This document shows, in pieces, positions 31,388 through 32,000 of a DNA stretch of 32,000 nucleotides. Source of the DNA: Synechocystis sp. PCC 6803 substr. PCC-P (GTDB lineage Bacteria > Cyanobacteriota > Cyanobacteriia > Cyanobacteriales > Microcystaceae); assembly GCF_000284455.1 (NCBI RefSeq), contig NC_017039.1:1800001-1832000 (forward strand), given 5' to 3'. The number at the start of each line of letters is the position of its first letter. Position 1 is the first letter of the stretch. Made by a program: the position numbers and the translations under genes. A model generated the notes under the pieces. It ran no database searches. It was not told where the DNA came from and saw only the letters and a program-made list of their open reading frames with translations.

Positions 31388-32000
31388 ATGGCGAGTGGAA
31401 ATAAGTTTCAGTCGATGTTGCCGGTATCTCCCACAGGCCAATTCATTTGCCAACAGGATTTAAATTTTTACGACAGTAGCGATCACCAGGAATTAGCTAC
31501 CCAAGCAAAACAGGGACGATATTTGCGCCTAACAGAGAAGATTGAACGGTCAGCAGTGTTGGTGGAACAGGCGGAAGACCGTTACCAAGGTTGGCTAGCG
31601 GAGGACGATTTACAAAATTTGACCCCGGCCGTTCATGCTTATCAACCAGTGACAGTAACCAGAGCCGAAATTGAACAGCGAATTTCCCAGGTAATTGACT
31701 ATTTGCTGGAAGCGAAGCAAAGGGAAAATTACTATCTTTGGGGAGGTAATATCGGCCCCAACTACGACTGTTCCGGTTTAATGCAAGCCGCTTTTGCTAG
31801 TCAAGGTATTTGGCTACCCAGGGATTCCTATCAACAGGCCGCCTTTTGTCAGCAAGTAGTTGATGTGAGGCCCCAACGGCGATCGGGAGAATTAAACCAA
31901 GTAATGGTGGAGGCGATCGCCAAGGAATTTTTACCGGGGGATTTAATTTTTTTTGGCAATCAACGGGTGGATCATGTGGGAATGTATCTGGGGGAAGGAA
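31388..32000 (+). CDS. NlpC/P60 family cell-wall peptidase, 5' part (continues past the window end)
   Basis: ATG 31388 is preceded by GGAG. I translated it by hand: open to nt 32000 with no stop. Catalytic Cys motif YLWGGNIGPNYDCSGLMQAAF and His motif GDLIFFGNQRVDHVGMYLGEG. Absent from the ORF track because no stop lies in the window. Confidence 0.85.
   Translation, partial: MASGNKFQSMLPVSPTGQFICQQDLNFYDSSDHQELATQAKQGRYLRLTEKIERSAVLVEQAEDRYQGWLAEDDLQNLTPAVHAYQPVTVTRAEIEQRISQVIDYLLEAKQRENYYLWGGNIGPNYDCSGLMQAAFASQGIWLPRDSYQQAAFCQQVVDVRPQRRSGELNQVMVEAIAKEFLPGDLIFFGNQRVDHVGMYLGEG

Noticed and set aside
1-32000. Search for CRISPR arrays, transposases or IS ends, integrases, toxin-antitoxin pairs and known defence-system signatures
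   Set aside because: I saw no regularly spaced repeats, no DDE/tyrosine/serine recombinase-like ORFs, no terminal inverted repeats flanking a block and no typical small paired TA ORFs. The window looks like conserved core genome.

Overview
The window looks like core chromosome of a unicellular cyanobacterium closely resembling Synechocystis sp. PCC 6803. The gene content and order fit, and the HIP1 octamer GCGATCGC occurs at least 21 times. I support about 38 protein genes. Two of them, petG and rpmH, are too short for the ORF track. There are also two tRNAs (Arg-ACG, Ser-GGA), an SRP (4.5S) RNA, several intrinsic terminators and the psbA promoter with an HLR1 element. Recognisable blocks, in order:

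- a low-oxygen tetrapyrrole operon (acsF-type cyclase, heme oxygenase, hemN)
- an LCP/LytR protein
- a histidine kinase, CheY-like regulator and DHp-REC-PP2C cluster
- a Rieske oxygenase coupled to an ABC ATPase
- an S1-domain protein, dnaG and psbA (standard D1)
- tsaC, a TPM/Psb32-like protein and a usp operon
- a PPP-type phosphatase, cobH and an EVE-domain protein
- the rpmH-rnpA-PH-yidC-jag cluster
- a J-domain/TPR protein, an IMPase-family protein and an FdC2-like ferredoxin
- the 5' part of an NlpC/P60 peptidase gene

I see no transposase, integrase, CRISPR array, phage genes or recognisable defence island, so this reads as an ordinary core region rather than an accessory one. The items most worth follow-up:

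1. The two-component cluster, whose output protein carries an orphan His-containing DHp module without an ATPase domain, in front of REC-PP2C.
2. A candidate about 90-nt minus-strand sRNA in the 480-bp rps1b/dnaG convergent spacer. It has HLR1-like half sites and a strand-specific intrinsic terminator.
3. An orphan ABC ATPase translationally coupled to a Rieske oxygenase.
4. An uncharacterised usp / 188-aa / small Cys-protein operon.

All functional calls rest on motif recognition by eye. No database search was run.
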